Notes: generated from the letters alone by a model not told the origin. DNA of 54,149 nt, filler included, from Sphacelaria rigidula (GCA_964200075.2; 3 parts of 3 records of this genome joined end to end with filler, not necessarily neighbours in it), one strand, 5' to 3'; shown: positions 14,101 through 25,700, counted from the first letter of the whole stretch. A program made the numbers and translations.

Positions 14101-15620
14101 TAAGGGCCGCTGTGAATTTTTCATCGTGACTCCCACCTTGTGTTTTTCTCATCGTTTTTTTGTGTGTGTTTTCTTTGTTTTCCTTCGTTTTGTCGTGTTC
14201 GGCTCTTGTTCCATTTGTCTGTTATCGTTGTTTTTGTTGTTATCGTCTGGGATTTTTTGTTCCGTTTCTTTGTTTCCCGAACACACTCGAAAGAGAGGTA
14301 AACGAAGCCGTCCGCCGAGCATTCCTGGAAACGGACGAGGAATTCCTACAGACGTCTAGCAGACCTTCGTGCGGCACCACTGCCACCACGGTCATGATCC
14401 TGGGCGATCGGTTCTACAGCTTCAACCTCGGAGACAGCAGGACGGTGCTCTCGCGCTCTGGACGCGTTGGGCTAGCCTCCAAGGTGAAGAATTACGCTTT
14501 TTTTTTTTCGTATCAACGACATTTATCGACATCGTATCGAATAATGTATGTATACTCCCCGTCCCGTAGGTGTGCTTGGTTGTGGGTATTTGGTCGTTTG
14601 GGTGTAATATAGGTTTCAATGGCGATGCTATGGTCGGATTTCTCGTAAAGATGCAGCGCAGACGATGCTGTTGATAAATAGTGCGTTTTTTTGTCTTCTG
14701 AACGTACAAGGAATGGAGTCAAAATACACCCAGTTTTGGCCTTTTTTTCGGGAATCTCCGAGATTTTTTTTTTTTCTTGGAGATATCCTCGGTTAGTGAT
14801 TCCTTAGCATCCAGTGGCAGTGACAGCGAGGACGATTTTTGTCTTTTCGACGTGTTTCTGGCCCTGGAAAAAGGAGGGCGAAATGTGGCCATATTTGGCG
14901 ACTGTTTTTTTTTCTTTTTTGTGGTCGGCATGGGGACAAGCGGCGGTTGTGGCGGGGAGATGAGTGTTGGATGAAAAGACGCCAAATGATGCAACACAAC
15001 GAGGAATCAAACGTCGGATATCGGTAAGGGCCCGCACAAACTCAACCAAACACGATTCCGTAACAGGAAGTATGTTCGAGTCAGTGTAAATATGCTGACA
15101 GTAAGGAACGCAAGGCACCGAAAAAAGCCAGCGTTTCGAATCAGAGTCTCGTAGAGGAGGGGGAGGCGTTGGCGAAGTCACGGTAAGGTTTGTGGAAGAA
15201 GATGATCTGCCTCGCTTTGTGACGATATGTCAATGCGTTGTGCACTGATGGCCATCTATCTCCCCCCACCCCACACGCACAGATTTCTGTCTCGACCTTG
15301 TGTTTATATAATATATATATATACACTGTCTTTCCCTCGTCCAAAAAATAAAATTCAATCCCAACAAACGATCCAACCATCCATCCTCAAACTATTTTTG
15401 AAGTAATTCATGATTAATAATGAATATATATTATTCCCTTTTGTTTTTCGGTCGTTGCGTCACGTTTTTTCTTATTTTATTCCAGGACCACAAACCGAAC
15501 CGTCCGGACGAAATGGAGCGGATAAAGAGGGCGGGGGGAATGGTGCTTCACAAGCGAGTCATGGGGGAGCTGGCTGTTTCGCGCGCCTTCGGAGACCGTT
15601 CTTTCAAGATCGGCATCAAG
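4412..15620 (+). CDS. Partial spliced gene: tandem FHA domains + PP2C (PPM) Ser/Thr phosphatase; 5' start and 3' exons not found on this contig
   Basis: Nine GT-AG exons join in frame: 4412-5177, 5716(or 5719)-5948, 6451-6566, 7640-7759, 11489-11729, 12118-12270, 12501-13846, 14294-14483, 15486-15620. FHA motifs ATVGR..H and ATVGR..SRHH..GSTNGT; PP2C motifs [37 protein letters not shown]. Confidence 0.9.
5716..5948 (+). CDS. FHA-PP2C exon, FHA1 N-half
   Basis: [23 protein letters not shown]...[14 protein letters not shown]; donor GTGTGT at 5949. Confidence 0.85.
6451..6566 (+). CDS. FHA-PP2C exon, FHA1 C-half
   Basis: tag|[44 protein letters not shown]; phase 0 in, phase 2 out; not in ORF track. 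Confidence 0.85.
7640..7759 (+). CDS. FHA-PP2C exon, FHA2 start
   Basis: [39 protein letters not shown]; cag acceptor, GTATGT donor; phase 2/2. Confidence 0.88.
8324..8628 (+). mobile_element. tRNA-derived SINE, family A (intronic)
   Basis: A-box-like TGGTGTGGTGG, B box GGTTCGATTCCC, A-rich 3' tail; colinear with copies at 44182-44534 and 48958-49266. Confidence 0.8.
8640..9040 (-). mobile_element. Possible degenerate Gypsy integrase C-terminal fragment in intron
   Basis: Translation ...[11 protein letters not shown]...[20 protein letters not shown] loosely resembles the post-integrase region of Gypsy pol; PPT-like AAAGGGGGAGGA followed by TGTGGGAACC on - strand near 7935-7950. Confidence 0.3.
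10075..10587. repeat. Two diverged ~155 bp direct repeats
   Basis: ~10075-10230 and ~10430-10587 align (CTCTGCAA..ACTCGC.GTTGAA..GCGAA.TT.CCCTTTG.GCACAGCCG.ACAGAAC). Confidence 0.7.
11489..11729 (+). CDS. FHA-PP2C exon, FHA2 core
   Basis: [16 protein letters not shown]...[15 protein letters not shown]. Confidence 0.9.
12118..12270 (+). CDS. FHA-PP2C exon, FHA2 end and PP2C motif 1
   Basis: [51 protein letters not shown]. Confidence 0.9.
12501..13846 (+). CDS. FHA-PP2C exon, DGHGG motif plus ~390 aa Gly/Ala-rich insertion
   Basis: [22 protein letters not shown] followed by a long open GC-rich stretch; donor GTGGGA at 13847, phase 2. Confidence 0.85.
14294..14483 (+). CDS. FHA-PP2C exon, PP2C core
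   Basis: [15 protein letters not shown]...[31 protein letters not shown]. Confidence 0.9.
15486..15620 (+). CDS. FHA-PP2C exon, PP2C core
   Basis: [41 protein letters not shown]. Confidence 0.92.
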
Positions 15621-16257
15621 GTGAAACAACAATTTGGTAGTCAGCATAGCGCACACATATGCACAAGACAGCACACCCTACGAGTCCTTTTCGGCACTTG
15701 TCTGGGGGAATTCATGACGATCGCTTGTCCGTTTTGCACCGTTCTTGGTGGTGGGGTGATTTGATTTCCAGTCCTTTTCCTGTGTGTTTTTTGCGTGAGT
15801 TGTTGCCGCTGCTGTTTCTTTGGTAGTTTTTGCTAGTTTAGCTTGGCAACGGCTTGTTCAATATATCGGCCTCAACGATATATATATATATATATATATA
15901 CATATACATGGATCGGATGGGGCCACCTATCGGCGGCCCCGTCTTACATGATGGGCGTGGAAAATAATAAAATATGAAAGGGAGAGGGTGAAGGTGATGA
16001 CTCCTAGAAGAGATTAAGCCGAAGATCTGATATGTGTATTGATAATGAAACTCATTTATATGAGAGGAGTAGGAGAAGGAAAATACGGCATGGGTGTGAT
16101 ATTATTGGAATTGAAAAACGCGAGACACATCATTGAGTAGAACGAATGAAAAGTGTGAGGAACGCGGAACACCCGAATGTGTCACCGACATTTCGTTCTG
16201 ATGAAGAAAAAGAGTAGAACCCAGAGTAAAAAGTAGACTGGTCATTGGAGAGTAGGA

Positions 16258-16572
16258 GATTGTACAGAAGTTGATAATTCGCTCACGAAAGAGCAAAATC
16301 TCCATGTACAACAATCGGTTCAAATCCGATCCGACATATACGACATTTAACGGAAAAAATTATGCTTTTCAGGACAGGAAAAAGTACACGACTACATACA
16401 CGAGGCTACGATTGTACAGAAGTTGATAATTTGCTTACGAAAGAGCAAAATCTCTTTGTACAACAGTCGGTTCAAATCCGATCCAACATATACGACATTT
16501 TTTTACAAAAAAAACTGTACTTTTCAGGACAGGAAAAAGCATACGACTACATGATATACCGCGAGGCTGCGA
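16258..16572. repeat. Tandem duplication of a ~152 bp unit
   Basis: GATTGTACAGAAGTTGATAATT...TTTTCAGGACAGGAAAAAG...CGAGGCT occurs twice head-to-tail. Confidence 0.85.
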
Positions 16573-16810
16573 TGGACCACATGGGCTGAAACCCACTGCG
16601 AGAAAAAATTCTGATGATATAACGATTTTCCTAAAAAACTGCCCGCAAACAGTCGCAGAAAGTATGGACGGAAACGTGAAAGCACACGACAAAACCCTCG
16701 CGAAACAACCGGTGTCACACTCCCACGATGTATGTAACTCACGAAAAAGCAATGTAAACCTGTACAATCGCTCCGGTCTACACTTTTCGGCATGTATATA
16801 TATATATATA

Positions 16811-16990
16811 TGTGGGCGCGCACCAGCCGGGGTCACACAGGGGCTTGTTCTTTTTTATGTGTTTTTACCGCGGTGCTTGCCTTTTTTATTTATCGCGAGA
16901 AGGGTTCAGCAGTCCCTTTCCCTCGTACTCGATTTTTGTGTACCCACGACATGTTCGCCCCCCACTGTTGGGCATGGTGTGAGGGGAAGA
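16811..16990 (-). mobile_element. 5'-truncated SINE family B copy
   Basis: Colinear with ~41563-41775 (GGGCGC..CAGCCGGGGTCACAC...GCGGTGCTTGCC...GGGTTCAGCA.TCCCTTTCCCTCGT...CCACTGTTGGGCATGGTGTGAG). Confidence 0.7.
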
Positions 16991-17984
16991 CCTTTATCGT
17001 TAAAAAAAAAAATCTTGCCAACAAATACACAAAGCCAAGACGTGAATCGGCACCATATTCAGTCTTTGAAGATGAAATGATGCCGATTCTCCAAGTGACC
17101 CGTCCAACACCCCGAGAGACATTTTCGCCAAAAGAGTGAACCCCTACCATTACCCTAACCCTAACTCTAACCCCAGTATGTATCTTCATCACGAAGAAGC
17201 AATGTATTTTTGTACAACCTGCGAGTTGAAATATCCCTCAACATTTGCGTATCAACCTTCAGTTGTACAACGACAGTGTACGAACAAAGTTCAACCGAGG
17301 ACGTTTATTGACTCTGGCAATATCTCAGCAAATTTACGAATAGCTCTTAGAAAAACACAGACATTACTGCTGAACATAAACTCTTGCTAACGATGCCAAA
17401 TAATGAAGACTGAAAGCAAGACACAGCAGAAGGTCGTGGGAGTTGACCGGAACAGAAAGCGGGTACTACCGTCTATTACGTGCAAACTTTCAAACACTGA
17501 CAGGATTGGGTCGTTCACACAAATGTCATGTCTCCTATGGCGTATGCATGCTCACGTTTTTCAGAATCAAATTTCCGTCTTCCAGAATTGAAGTGTCAGA
17601 TTCACGATCAGGGTTCCGCGTATTACCTATCACGTGCAAACTTTCAGGCACTCGGAAGTTGGGTTGAAGGTCGAATCTCGCCCTCGTCGATGGTGACCGG
17701 TGATGGAAGAATATTGCACTGTCTCATCAAGCTTTCGAAAATGAAAAATGTCGCAGGGTGGAGTAGAGCTGAAGGTTTTTGTGAAGTTTACTGTTTAAAG
17801 AGTAGATCTACTTGACCCGCTTGCATTGGAGCGTTCACACGTAATCTTATTTTGACATATATGTACATGTACAAGGGGATATTTGTGGGATGGTGTCTGA
17901 GGGGGAGGCGGGGGGGGGGGGGCGTACTCATGGTCATGCATGCCATAGTCAAACGACCATTAACCCCGCACCCCTACAAAGCCG

Positions 17985-18084
17985 NNNNNNNNNNNNNNNN
18001 NNNNNNNNNNNNNNNNNNNNNNNNNNNNTTAATTAATTAANNNNNNNNNNNNNNNNNNNNNNNNNNNNNNNNNNNNNNNNNNNN
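17985..18084. other. Artificial contig spacer N44-TTAATTAATTAA-N44
   Basis: 100 bp spacer with a six-frame stop linker. Confidence 0.98.
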
Positions 18085-18179
18085 AAGAGCGACGCCACGA
18101 AAACAGGTGAGAAGTAGCTCCCCCGAGTTCAACGGGGAGAGAAAAGAAAGAAAGATAAAACAAACAAACAAAAAACGAA

Positions 18180-19199
18180 GGTCATACTCGCTTGTTAAAC
18201 CTTCGATCACTATCTCAGTCAGCCTTTCTTCGGAAATTACCTCGCCAACGTTGTCCAGTTTGTCCCGAAGCTGATATAGTTTGCTCAAGAAAGTATAAGG
18301 GTCTCGCCCTGGTGACATAGTGACGTTGTTGAGTTCTCTCATCAAGATCCTGATTCTCTGCTTTGAAGAATTTTGAAACTTGGGAATCAAAGCCTCCCAT
18401 GCACGTATGTCGTTTGGTCTCTCTGAACCCCTCGGCTGGAAACGAGTGATGCTGCGATAGGGTCTGCACTTCCAAAACCGCCCTGATTCAGGGGTTCTTA
18501 ACAATTAGGAACTACACAAGAATATGGGTCAAGATATCCCCGTTTGCAAATTTATTCGGGATATCCCTCGCAAATTGGAAGAAAAACCCTGGCGTACTCT
18601 CACCTATTTCGAAAGTCGTGTTTTGGATGAGATAAAGGGTTCCTAACAATTCTACTCTCAGGCCGTAAAAGTGCTGATCCTATCGCAGCATCACTCAAAC
18701 GCAACGAATACATCGCTGCAGGACCGGCTGTAAACAGGTACAAGACGTGGAGCAATTGTTGACCGGTCCCAACTCTCAATCTCACGCGTGTTGGAAATCT
18801 GCCTCATATGTGACACCACGCTGGGAGCACGAGATTCTTGAGTAGAATTATGGTCTTCTTAGGCCCAGTTCCGTCCACCGCTGTTATCGTCTCGCCCCCC
18901 GCGGTTGCCTTCACCGATGATAAATACGGTTGAACGGACGACTGCTGGCGGGCGGTTTGGGGACGAGTTCTAGCAGTGCTAGGTCGTGTGGCAGCTGGTT
19001 ATGGCAGGTCTACCTCAGAAAAGTCTTCTTCGAGAATTTACGCGGGGCGTTCGACCCCGTTGAGGATATCCGCAATCCCCGGATGAGTTGAAGCAATGAT
19101 GGGGCGCGTAGAGCGCATCCACTCGACGAACTTTGTACCGTCGAACTTGTTGATGCTCTTGAAAAGGTGAGTCACAGACGGTTCTCCCGACATATTCAT
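18180..19199 (-). pseudogene. Copia gag (disrupted)
   Basis: ATG at 19199: MNMSGEPSVTHLFKSINKFDGTKFVEWMR...* (gag N-terminal FDG.xxW motif); later AWEALIPKFQNSSKQRIRILMRELNNVTMSPGRDPYTFLSKLYQLRDKL..ERLTEIVIEGLTSEYD (UBN2/Retrotran_gag_2-like); stops and frameshifts. Confidence 0.85.
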
Positions 19200-19457
19200 C
19201 TGCCTCACGTTTATAATAAAACCGCCTCTTCACACCTGCAGATCGTTTGGAAAGATCAGGGTTCTTGGGCTCTTGATGGTCGCTGCTGTGGCGACCTTGA
19301 TGTAACACCTCCTCGCTCGTGCTGACCGATGTAGTCTCGAACCGAAGGCTGATGACCTGAAGACCTATGTAAAGGCTGAAATCCTACTCGGCGCAAGGAT
19401 CTATGTGTGAGAAGGTCGTGGGACCTCTGCTGTTGAATTGATTCCCTTGTTGATAAC

Positions 19458-19765
19458 TGTATATTATACTCTCCACCCAAAACGTAAAAACCCAAAAAAG
19501 TGTACTGCCAAAAAGGGGGAGGGGTCAATCATGAAAAACCACTCATGCAAGAATAACACGTCAGAGTCTGATTCCTTGGCCACGCGATTGGGCATGTGCC
19601 TCTCAGCAGATTTTTGCTGCAACCAACACATCGGGTATACCCTTAACAACATGATATTGTCTCTTATTTGCCCTCCACCCATATGTCACGATCCAATCAC
19701 AATATTAATTTCCCTCGCATCCAGGCCTGTTTACATGTATCTGTCGTTGAGGGTGAGTACGATCA
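19458..19765 (-). repeat. Copia LTR shared by two tandem elements
   Basis: TG...CA ends; PPT-like AGGGGGAC on its right and PBS-like GTTATCAAC plus leader on its left; aligns with 23341-23677. Confidence 0.85.
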
Positions 19766-20487
19766 GTCCCCCTAATCACGGCTCAACTCTACTCAATTGG
19801 CAATTCTCATACTCTCATAGTCGATTAGCCCTCCCCCTCACGGCCTAATTCTACTCATGTCTCAAACCCTACCAGACAATATTCATTCCTATATTACCAA
19901 GCACAAAAACTCGTCCCACCCGTGTACGGACATACGGTAACGTCATCTACTTAGCAAACTGAAACTCCTTCCTTTCGTCCTCTTTCTCAATATGTCATGA
20001 CACATTTATGCTCTTCATCCATCCCGTCACGCCTTTCAGTACTGAAAAAGAATTTGGATTCAAAAATTCAAATCATCGCAAACCAAAATGTCAAAAATCA
20101 GAGATATATTCGACAGTATAGAAAAATACATCAACCAAACGCAAAGTCGAAAACCAGTCAAGTTTCCGAATTTTCCACGGCACTCTTTGTGGCACTCCAA
20201 GTCCATCACTAAAAACCATTGAAAAACTATTTTGTCTACAACAAAAAAAATCAAATCCGGTTGTACCCGTCGAAGATCGAAATCCAACACCAAATGCTAT
20301 TAAAAATATTTTGTCTGCAACAAAAAATCAAACCCGGCCGTACTTGTCGAGAATAAAAAATATTCACTGCAAAATTGAAAATCTTACAACCATGGCCTCG
20401 TTCCCCTACTTTTCCGGGGTGGATAAATGTCCCCCAAAACAAATCACACCACCTCACACCAAATCAATGTACAGTGTGTTGCAGACT

Positions 20488-21582
20488 CTACATGATATTC
20501 ATGACAATATTACGGTGAAACTCAAAAGACTCTGTTGGCAACACTTTAGTGAGGAAATCTGCATGTTGATACTCCGATCTCACGTGAATGATGGAATCCT
20601 CATTCCTCCCGACCAACTCCCTGATAAAATGATGCCGTACGTCGATGTGCTTGGAGTTGGAGTTCGTGATTGGGTTCTTCGCCAACTGAATAGCTCCCTG
20701 ATTATCCTCAAAGACCGGGATGCATGGCATTCCCATCTGCGGCAACATGAAACGCCAAACCTGTCTCAAAAACAATACCTCCTTTAGAATATCTGTCATG
20801 GCAACATACGCTGCTTCCGTTGTGGACAGCGTCACACACGTCTGAGTCCTTGAAAACCAAGACACACATCCACCTCCACACATCACTAGCCCTCCTGATA
20901 CCGACCGCCTATCAGCTGCCTTACTTGCGTAGTCGGCATCTGCAAACACATGAAAGCTCAACCCCTGTATACTTTCTTTGCGAAAACAAATCCCCAGCGA
21001 ACTTCTTCGCCTAACATACTCCATAATACCAAGCGCAGCATGCCAATGAAGGTGTTTTGGTGAGGCACAGTACCTCGCTACTGCACGTACTGCGTTAGAT
21101 ATGTTTGGCCTCGTTTGAGTTGCCAGCCACATCAGTGACCCTATCAATTCCCGAAACGGTAATCCCGTTGCCTGCTCTTCTACACTGAACTCTTCAAGCT
21201 TCGCACCAACAGCGATGGGGATACTCTTTGCCCATTCTATTCCGTATTCCTTCGCCAACTCTTTTGCATATGTTTGTCGTGAAATTTTCAGGGTCCCCCT
21301 TGCAATGTCTCTCTCATAGTACAGTCCAGAATACCAACGTAAATCCCCGAGATTTTTTACTGGGACCATCGTGTTGAGATATTCACCAAACTTGTCACAT
21401 CTGTCTTTCTTTCCCACTGCGAATATATCATCTACATGTACTACAATGGTGATAATCACCCTGCATTCCTCAATCAACCGAAATACACATGAATCCGCCA
21501 AGCACTGATCAAATCCCAAAATAAATAAACACTTCGCCAGGTGATTATGCCACTGCCTACTTGCCTGTTTCAATCCGTACAA
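20488..21582 (-). CDS. Copia RT (C-part) and RNase H ORF
   Basis: 364 aa ORF with YGLKQASRQW, VVHVDDIF, DADYA, KHIDVRHHFIRE; upstream RT part (21613-21834) is in another frame. Confidence 0.9.
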   Translation of the reverse strand: MYGLKQASRQWHNHLAKCLFILGFDQCLADSCVFRLIEECRVIITIVVHVDDIFAVGKKDRCDKFGEYLNTMVPVKNLGDLRWYSGLYYERDIARGTLKISRQTYAKELAKEYGIEWAKSIPIAVGAKLEEFSVEEQATGLPFRELIGSLMWLATQTRPNISNAVRAVARYCASPKHLHWHAALGIMEYVRRRSSLGICFRKESIQGLSFHVFADADYASKAADRRSVSGGLVMCGGGCVSWFSRTQTCVTLSTTEAAYVAMTDILKEVLFLRQVWRFMLPQMGMPCIPVFEDNQGAIQLAKNPITNSNSKHIDVRHHFIRELVGRNEDSIIHVRSEYQHADFLTKVLPTESFEFHRNIVMNIM

Positions 21583-23340
21583 ACGTTTGTTGAGTCTTAC
21601 TATTTTACCAAATCAGCTTCCACAACCAGGTGGCAACCGCATGAAAACGTTCTCGTCCAATTCAGACTGTACAAAAGCTTGTTGGATATCAAAATGACGC
21701 AACGCCAGATATTCCTCACAAGCTAGAGTCGCCAACAAACGTACGCTAGAAAATGCTGCAGTGAGGACATACAACTCCCCAAAATCTATGTTCTCCCTCT
21801 GCATATCTCCTCTTGCTACTAGTCTCGACTTCATCTTCGTGAGCTATCCAAACTCGTCCGCCTTCCAGTTATATACCCACTTTGCATGGATATAGTTGTC
21901 CACGAGTTGCTCTTCCGCTGAGTCTATCGTTCCCGCCTCCAGAATTCCCCGCAATTCCCGCCCCATCGAGTCCCTCTATAAATCACCGTACTCCGAGCGC
22001 ACCGCCTGCGTGTATCCGTTGGGGACCGTGAGATCCTTTGCTGGACAATGTGGGACTTCCGGTGGGATGTGCGGCGGGCGCTGCTCACGCAAAGCGGCAT
22101 CTATATCTTCACGCGTCGCCAGCCTCGTCACGAGTCACATCGGTATCCCCCCGCGTCCCCCTTTCTCACCATCCTTGCCCTGTCGCCCGGCATCAACTAC
22201 GCCGCGCGTGAGGAGAGCAGACAGCAAAGATCGCTTATCCAACTGCTGCATGAGTCCCCAGCTGTGGTGCAAGAGTGCAGCCTTGTCTGTCGTGTATTGC
22301 GTCGACCCTGACCGCATCCGCCCTGGCTACCGGGGGTCTGTTTCCAGATCCAGCTCCTTCCTCACGCTTGTTGGGAGCGGCGAGAAAGAATGGTTCATCA
22401 CTTCAGAGGCGGATGATGCATCGCGCGACGCAGTCGAGGAAGATGCTGACGGTATCGGAGATGGGATCGGGGCCGAAGAGCCGGAAACAATCGGCGGGGA
22501 TGTCGGCGGCGATCGATGCATCGGTGGAGTTGACGGGTGCGGCGGCGTGTGCTGCACCGGTGGAAATGTCGGTCGCGGCGGCGGCAGCATCGGCTGGGTC
22601 GGCGGAGTGCGCTGGCGCGGCGGCGGCTCGAATTCCACTGTGTGATATGTCAGCGGGAGCAGCGGTGTGGCGACGGCGGCGGCGATGCTGCCATGAACCT
22701 CCTTCCCCCCGACGAGCGGCGTCTGGACCTCCCTCCCCCCGACGAGCGGCGTCCCGTGGTGCTGCTCTGCTGACGGCGCGGCGGCAGCGGCGACGGTACT
22801 GGAATGTGCCGCCTCCCCCCCGACGATCGGCGTTGCCGACGATTGCAGTGGCACACGTGGTACCGTCCAGACAACGTTGTTGGTGTAGCAGACTGCACCG
22901 GTAGCAGCCTTCAGGACCTTGACCGTCGATGAAGAATGGTTACTGCCATTATTGAGGTAATGGCAGGCCACGGACTGAAGATCAATCTTTCCTCGGCGGT
23001 TGACCCGCATCATGCCGGGTTGCAGAAACGGCACAATCTGTAGCGGCGGGGGCTTGCCGGTTAACACTTCATACGGCGACAGTCTTCCCGGGTTCGCCGT
23101 TGTAGCGGAACGATTGAACCCGTCCGCTGCGCACACCGCGGCCTTCAGCCACATGTGCTCCATGTATCTTCACGAGGAGGTCGGCGTCCATTTTTTATGG
23201 CTGAATAAACCCTGAGGTCGCCTGCGCGAAGCGTAGCCTGAACGCTAGCGTAAAGCCTGAAATTCCTACTCGGCGCAAGGATCTATGTGTGAGAAAGGTC
23301 GTGGGACCTCTGTTGTTGAATTGACTCCCTTGTTGATAAC

Positions 23341-23677
23341 TGTATATTATACTCTCCACCCAAAACGTAAAAACCCAAAAAAGTGTACTGCCAAAAAGGA
23401 GAAAAAAGTGTACTGCCAAAAAGGGGGCGGGGTCAATTATGAAAAACCACTCAGGCAAAAATTACACGTCAGAGCCTGATTTCTTGGCCACGCGATTGGG
23501 CGTGTGCCTCTCACTAGATTTTTGCTGCAACCAACACATCGGGTATACCTTTAACAACATAACTGTATCTCTTATTTGCCATTCACCCATATGTCACGAT
23601 CCAATCACAATATCCATTTCCCTCGCATCCAGGCCTGTTTACATGTATCTATCATTGAGTGTGAGTATATTCGATCA
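23341..23677 (-). repeat. Copia 5' LTR
   Basis: TG...CA ends; followed on - strand by GTTATCAACAAGGGA leader; has an internal duplication of AAAAAAGTGTACTGCCAAAAAGG. Confidence 0.85.
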
Positions 23678-25138
23678 CTATGTGGTCGTGAATCGATGGC
23701 TCATAACCTGTTGGAAATAATGCGCTAGCACAGCACTGTCTCACTAGACAGTTAAGCAGAGGCTTGCACTGTAGCGGTGACGCTACTTGCGAGGAGCAAT
23801 GAAGTGAAAAAGAATATTGTGTTGTTCGGCGCTTCTGGCCTAAATATCAAACAGCCTCCGTTTGCAAGAAAGAGCTGTTGAAACAAAAACTGGGTTACTG
23901 GGGAGAGTGAGAAGCGGTGGCGAGCGAGAGCGAGCCTCAACACTTTCCACTCTCTGGAGAAAAACCAATGCTGTACTCAAAGCAGAAGATCTTCAAACAT
24001 ACCCGAACTTATCATGAAAATATACAGTGACACGACACATACGTGGTCTACAGTTTCACATGAACCGTAACGAACAACATGCAAATCGTGCAGCGTATAC
24101 ACTACAGTATATTGCAGCGACGATTTCAATCATACACAATAAACGTAGACTGCACCATCTAAATTTGCAACAGGAAATGCAAGATTTGGATTCGGCTAGA
24201 CGTTTGTAGATATGGTCGAATAGTTTCACCGAACGTTTCTGAGATTTCCGTAGAGCGGTTAGTGTAGAACCGAACAAAGGTGAACCCGTTCGTCGTCGAA
24301 ATTGATTTTTCCCCCTAAAAAATGCTCTACGACTTGAAAAGGGGGGATTTTCAGTCAAAGAAATCTCTCGGGGCCTAGCAATGTTACTAAGAGCTTGCAA
24401 AAACTGTAGCATCATTTTTCTATACCTGGCGGGAGGGGGGGAGTGCGCGCTCTGGCAGCTAGCGATGGTCGTTTTGATTTTACGGAATAAGATTCTGATT
24501 TGATTCACCTTGTACTCCCTTGCAAGGCTTGTACAATCGAATTGCTACAGGCAGTCACTACATGCAGCAACGAAATTCCAGTAGTCATCCGGGCTTGACC
24601 TACTGCCATCTACTGCTGTGTATCTTGCTCGAAAGCTGTTTTCAGGCAAGACCTTCCTGGTCAGCGCTCAACGGTGCGGGTCACGAATGCAATAGCAGGT
24701 GGTTAATCATTGAACACTCTTGTTTCTAACCATCTTTCGCGTCATGTTAGGATGACTCTCCTCACATGACACTTGTTTGCGGCCGACACCGACACACATT
24801 CACCCTGCCGAGCACGCGACCGTTTGTACGCAGAAGGCTTAGATTGCAGGACACCAGCCTCCATGTGGGTCACCGCCAGAGGCATCTTTTTTCACTCCGC
24901 ATGTCAAGAAGGTCTACACGAGTGTTTGATTTCTCATGCACCCCTCGAGCTGGGATGTGGCAGACTCTCGTGCTTGTTCTGCAGACGTTGGGTGGAATCA
25001 AGGATGACAATAACACCCTTAAGCTTGCGATTTTTATTAGATTTTGGCGAAACCGCGCAACCATCCTTGCCCCTATGTGTGTGTGAGAGAGAACAGTAGC
25101 GGTGACGGGAACATCGCCCTGCATTTCGACGACGTGTT

Positions 25139-25700
25139 TTACTGCGCACCGAGGCATGTCCTGTCCGAGCAGAGAGGTAGAGAGGAACAGATATTTGCAT
25201 TGGTCAGCGCCACGGACAGGAAACGACAACGGTGGGCATCGCACTTTTGTTTCCAGGGCTGTGCTACAACAATCCAGCTGTCGACACGCGAAAACTTGGG
25301 TATGTGATGGTAGCATAATGTCAATCTCCCGAGCGATTCGAAATCGCCGAACGAGGACACATAAAGGACACCGGCGACGAAATGTCTCTCCGCCGTTGCT
25401 CCCCTGGTGATATTGCCATCGAGAAACACGAATGCCGCATTCGTTCGGTGCACCTAGCCACACCTGCTTGACAACTGCTACAGGTGTTTTGGGGCAGGGG
25501 ATGCCGTCCCTAGGTGTAACTGTTTCGCACCATTCCTAAAAATTGGTCATGCCATTTGGATCTCATTTTTGCGTTCGCCCCCAGTTCTGAAAAGCATATA
25601 TGCTTGAAATGCGCACGAAGTTGCGGTAGATTTGTATTCGCCTCCTGAAATCGCTCTAGCAGTTGCCCGCAAGTCCTCTATGTGGCATGGCTCGTCATCA
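25139..25700 (-). pseudogene. Ulp1/C48-like cysteine protease remnant
   Basis: Across frameshifts: EDLRATARAISGGEYKSTATSCAFQAYML...VKQVWLGAP...AFVFLDGNIT..ERHFVAGVLYVSSFGDFESLG...QPWKQKCDAHRCRFLSVA, giving the H, D/E-SL, Q, C motif order of C48. Confidence 0.5.

Larger units (their letters stand above)
19458..23677 (-). mobile_element. Ty1/Copia LTR retrotransposon, internally deleted (no gag, protease or integrase core)
   Basis: LTRs at 23341-23677 and 19458-19765; integrase C-part (AADGFNRSATTANPGRLSPYE) 22327-23163; RT (KSRLVARG, FDIQQAF, YGLKQASRQW, HVDD); RNase H (ADADYA..DRRSVSG, LSTTEA, EDNQGA, SKHIDVRHHF). Confidence 0.92.

Noticed and set aside
18029-18040. TTAATTAATTAA palindrome
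   Set aside because: Synthetic linker
21896-22904. + strand ORFs of 249 and 209 aa
   Set aside because: Antisense to the Pro-rich Copia integrase-RT linker
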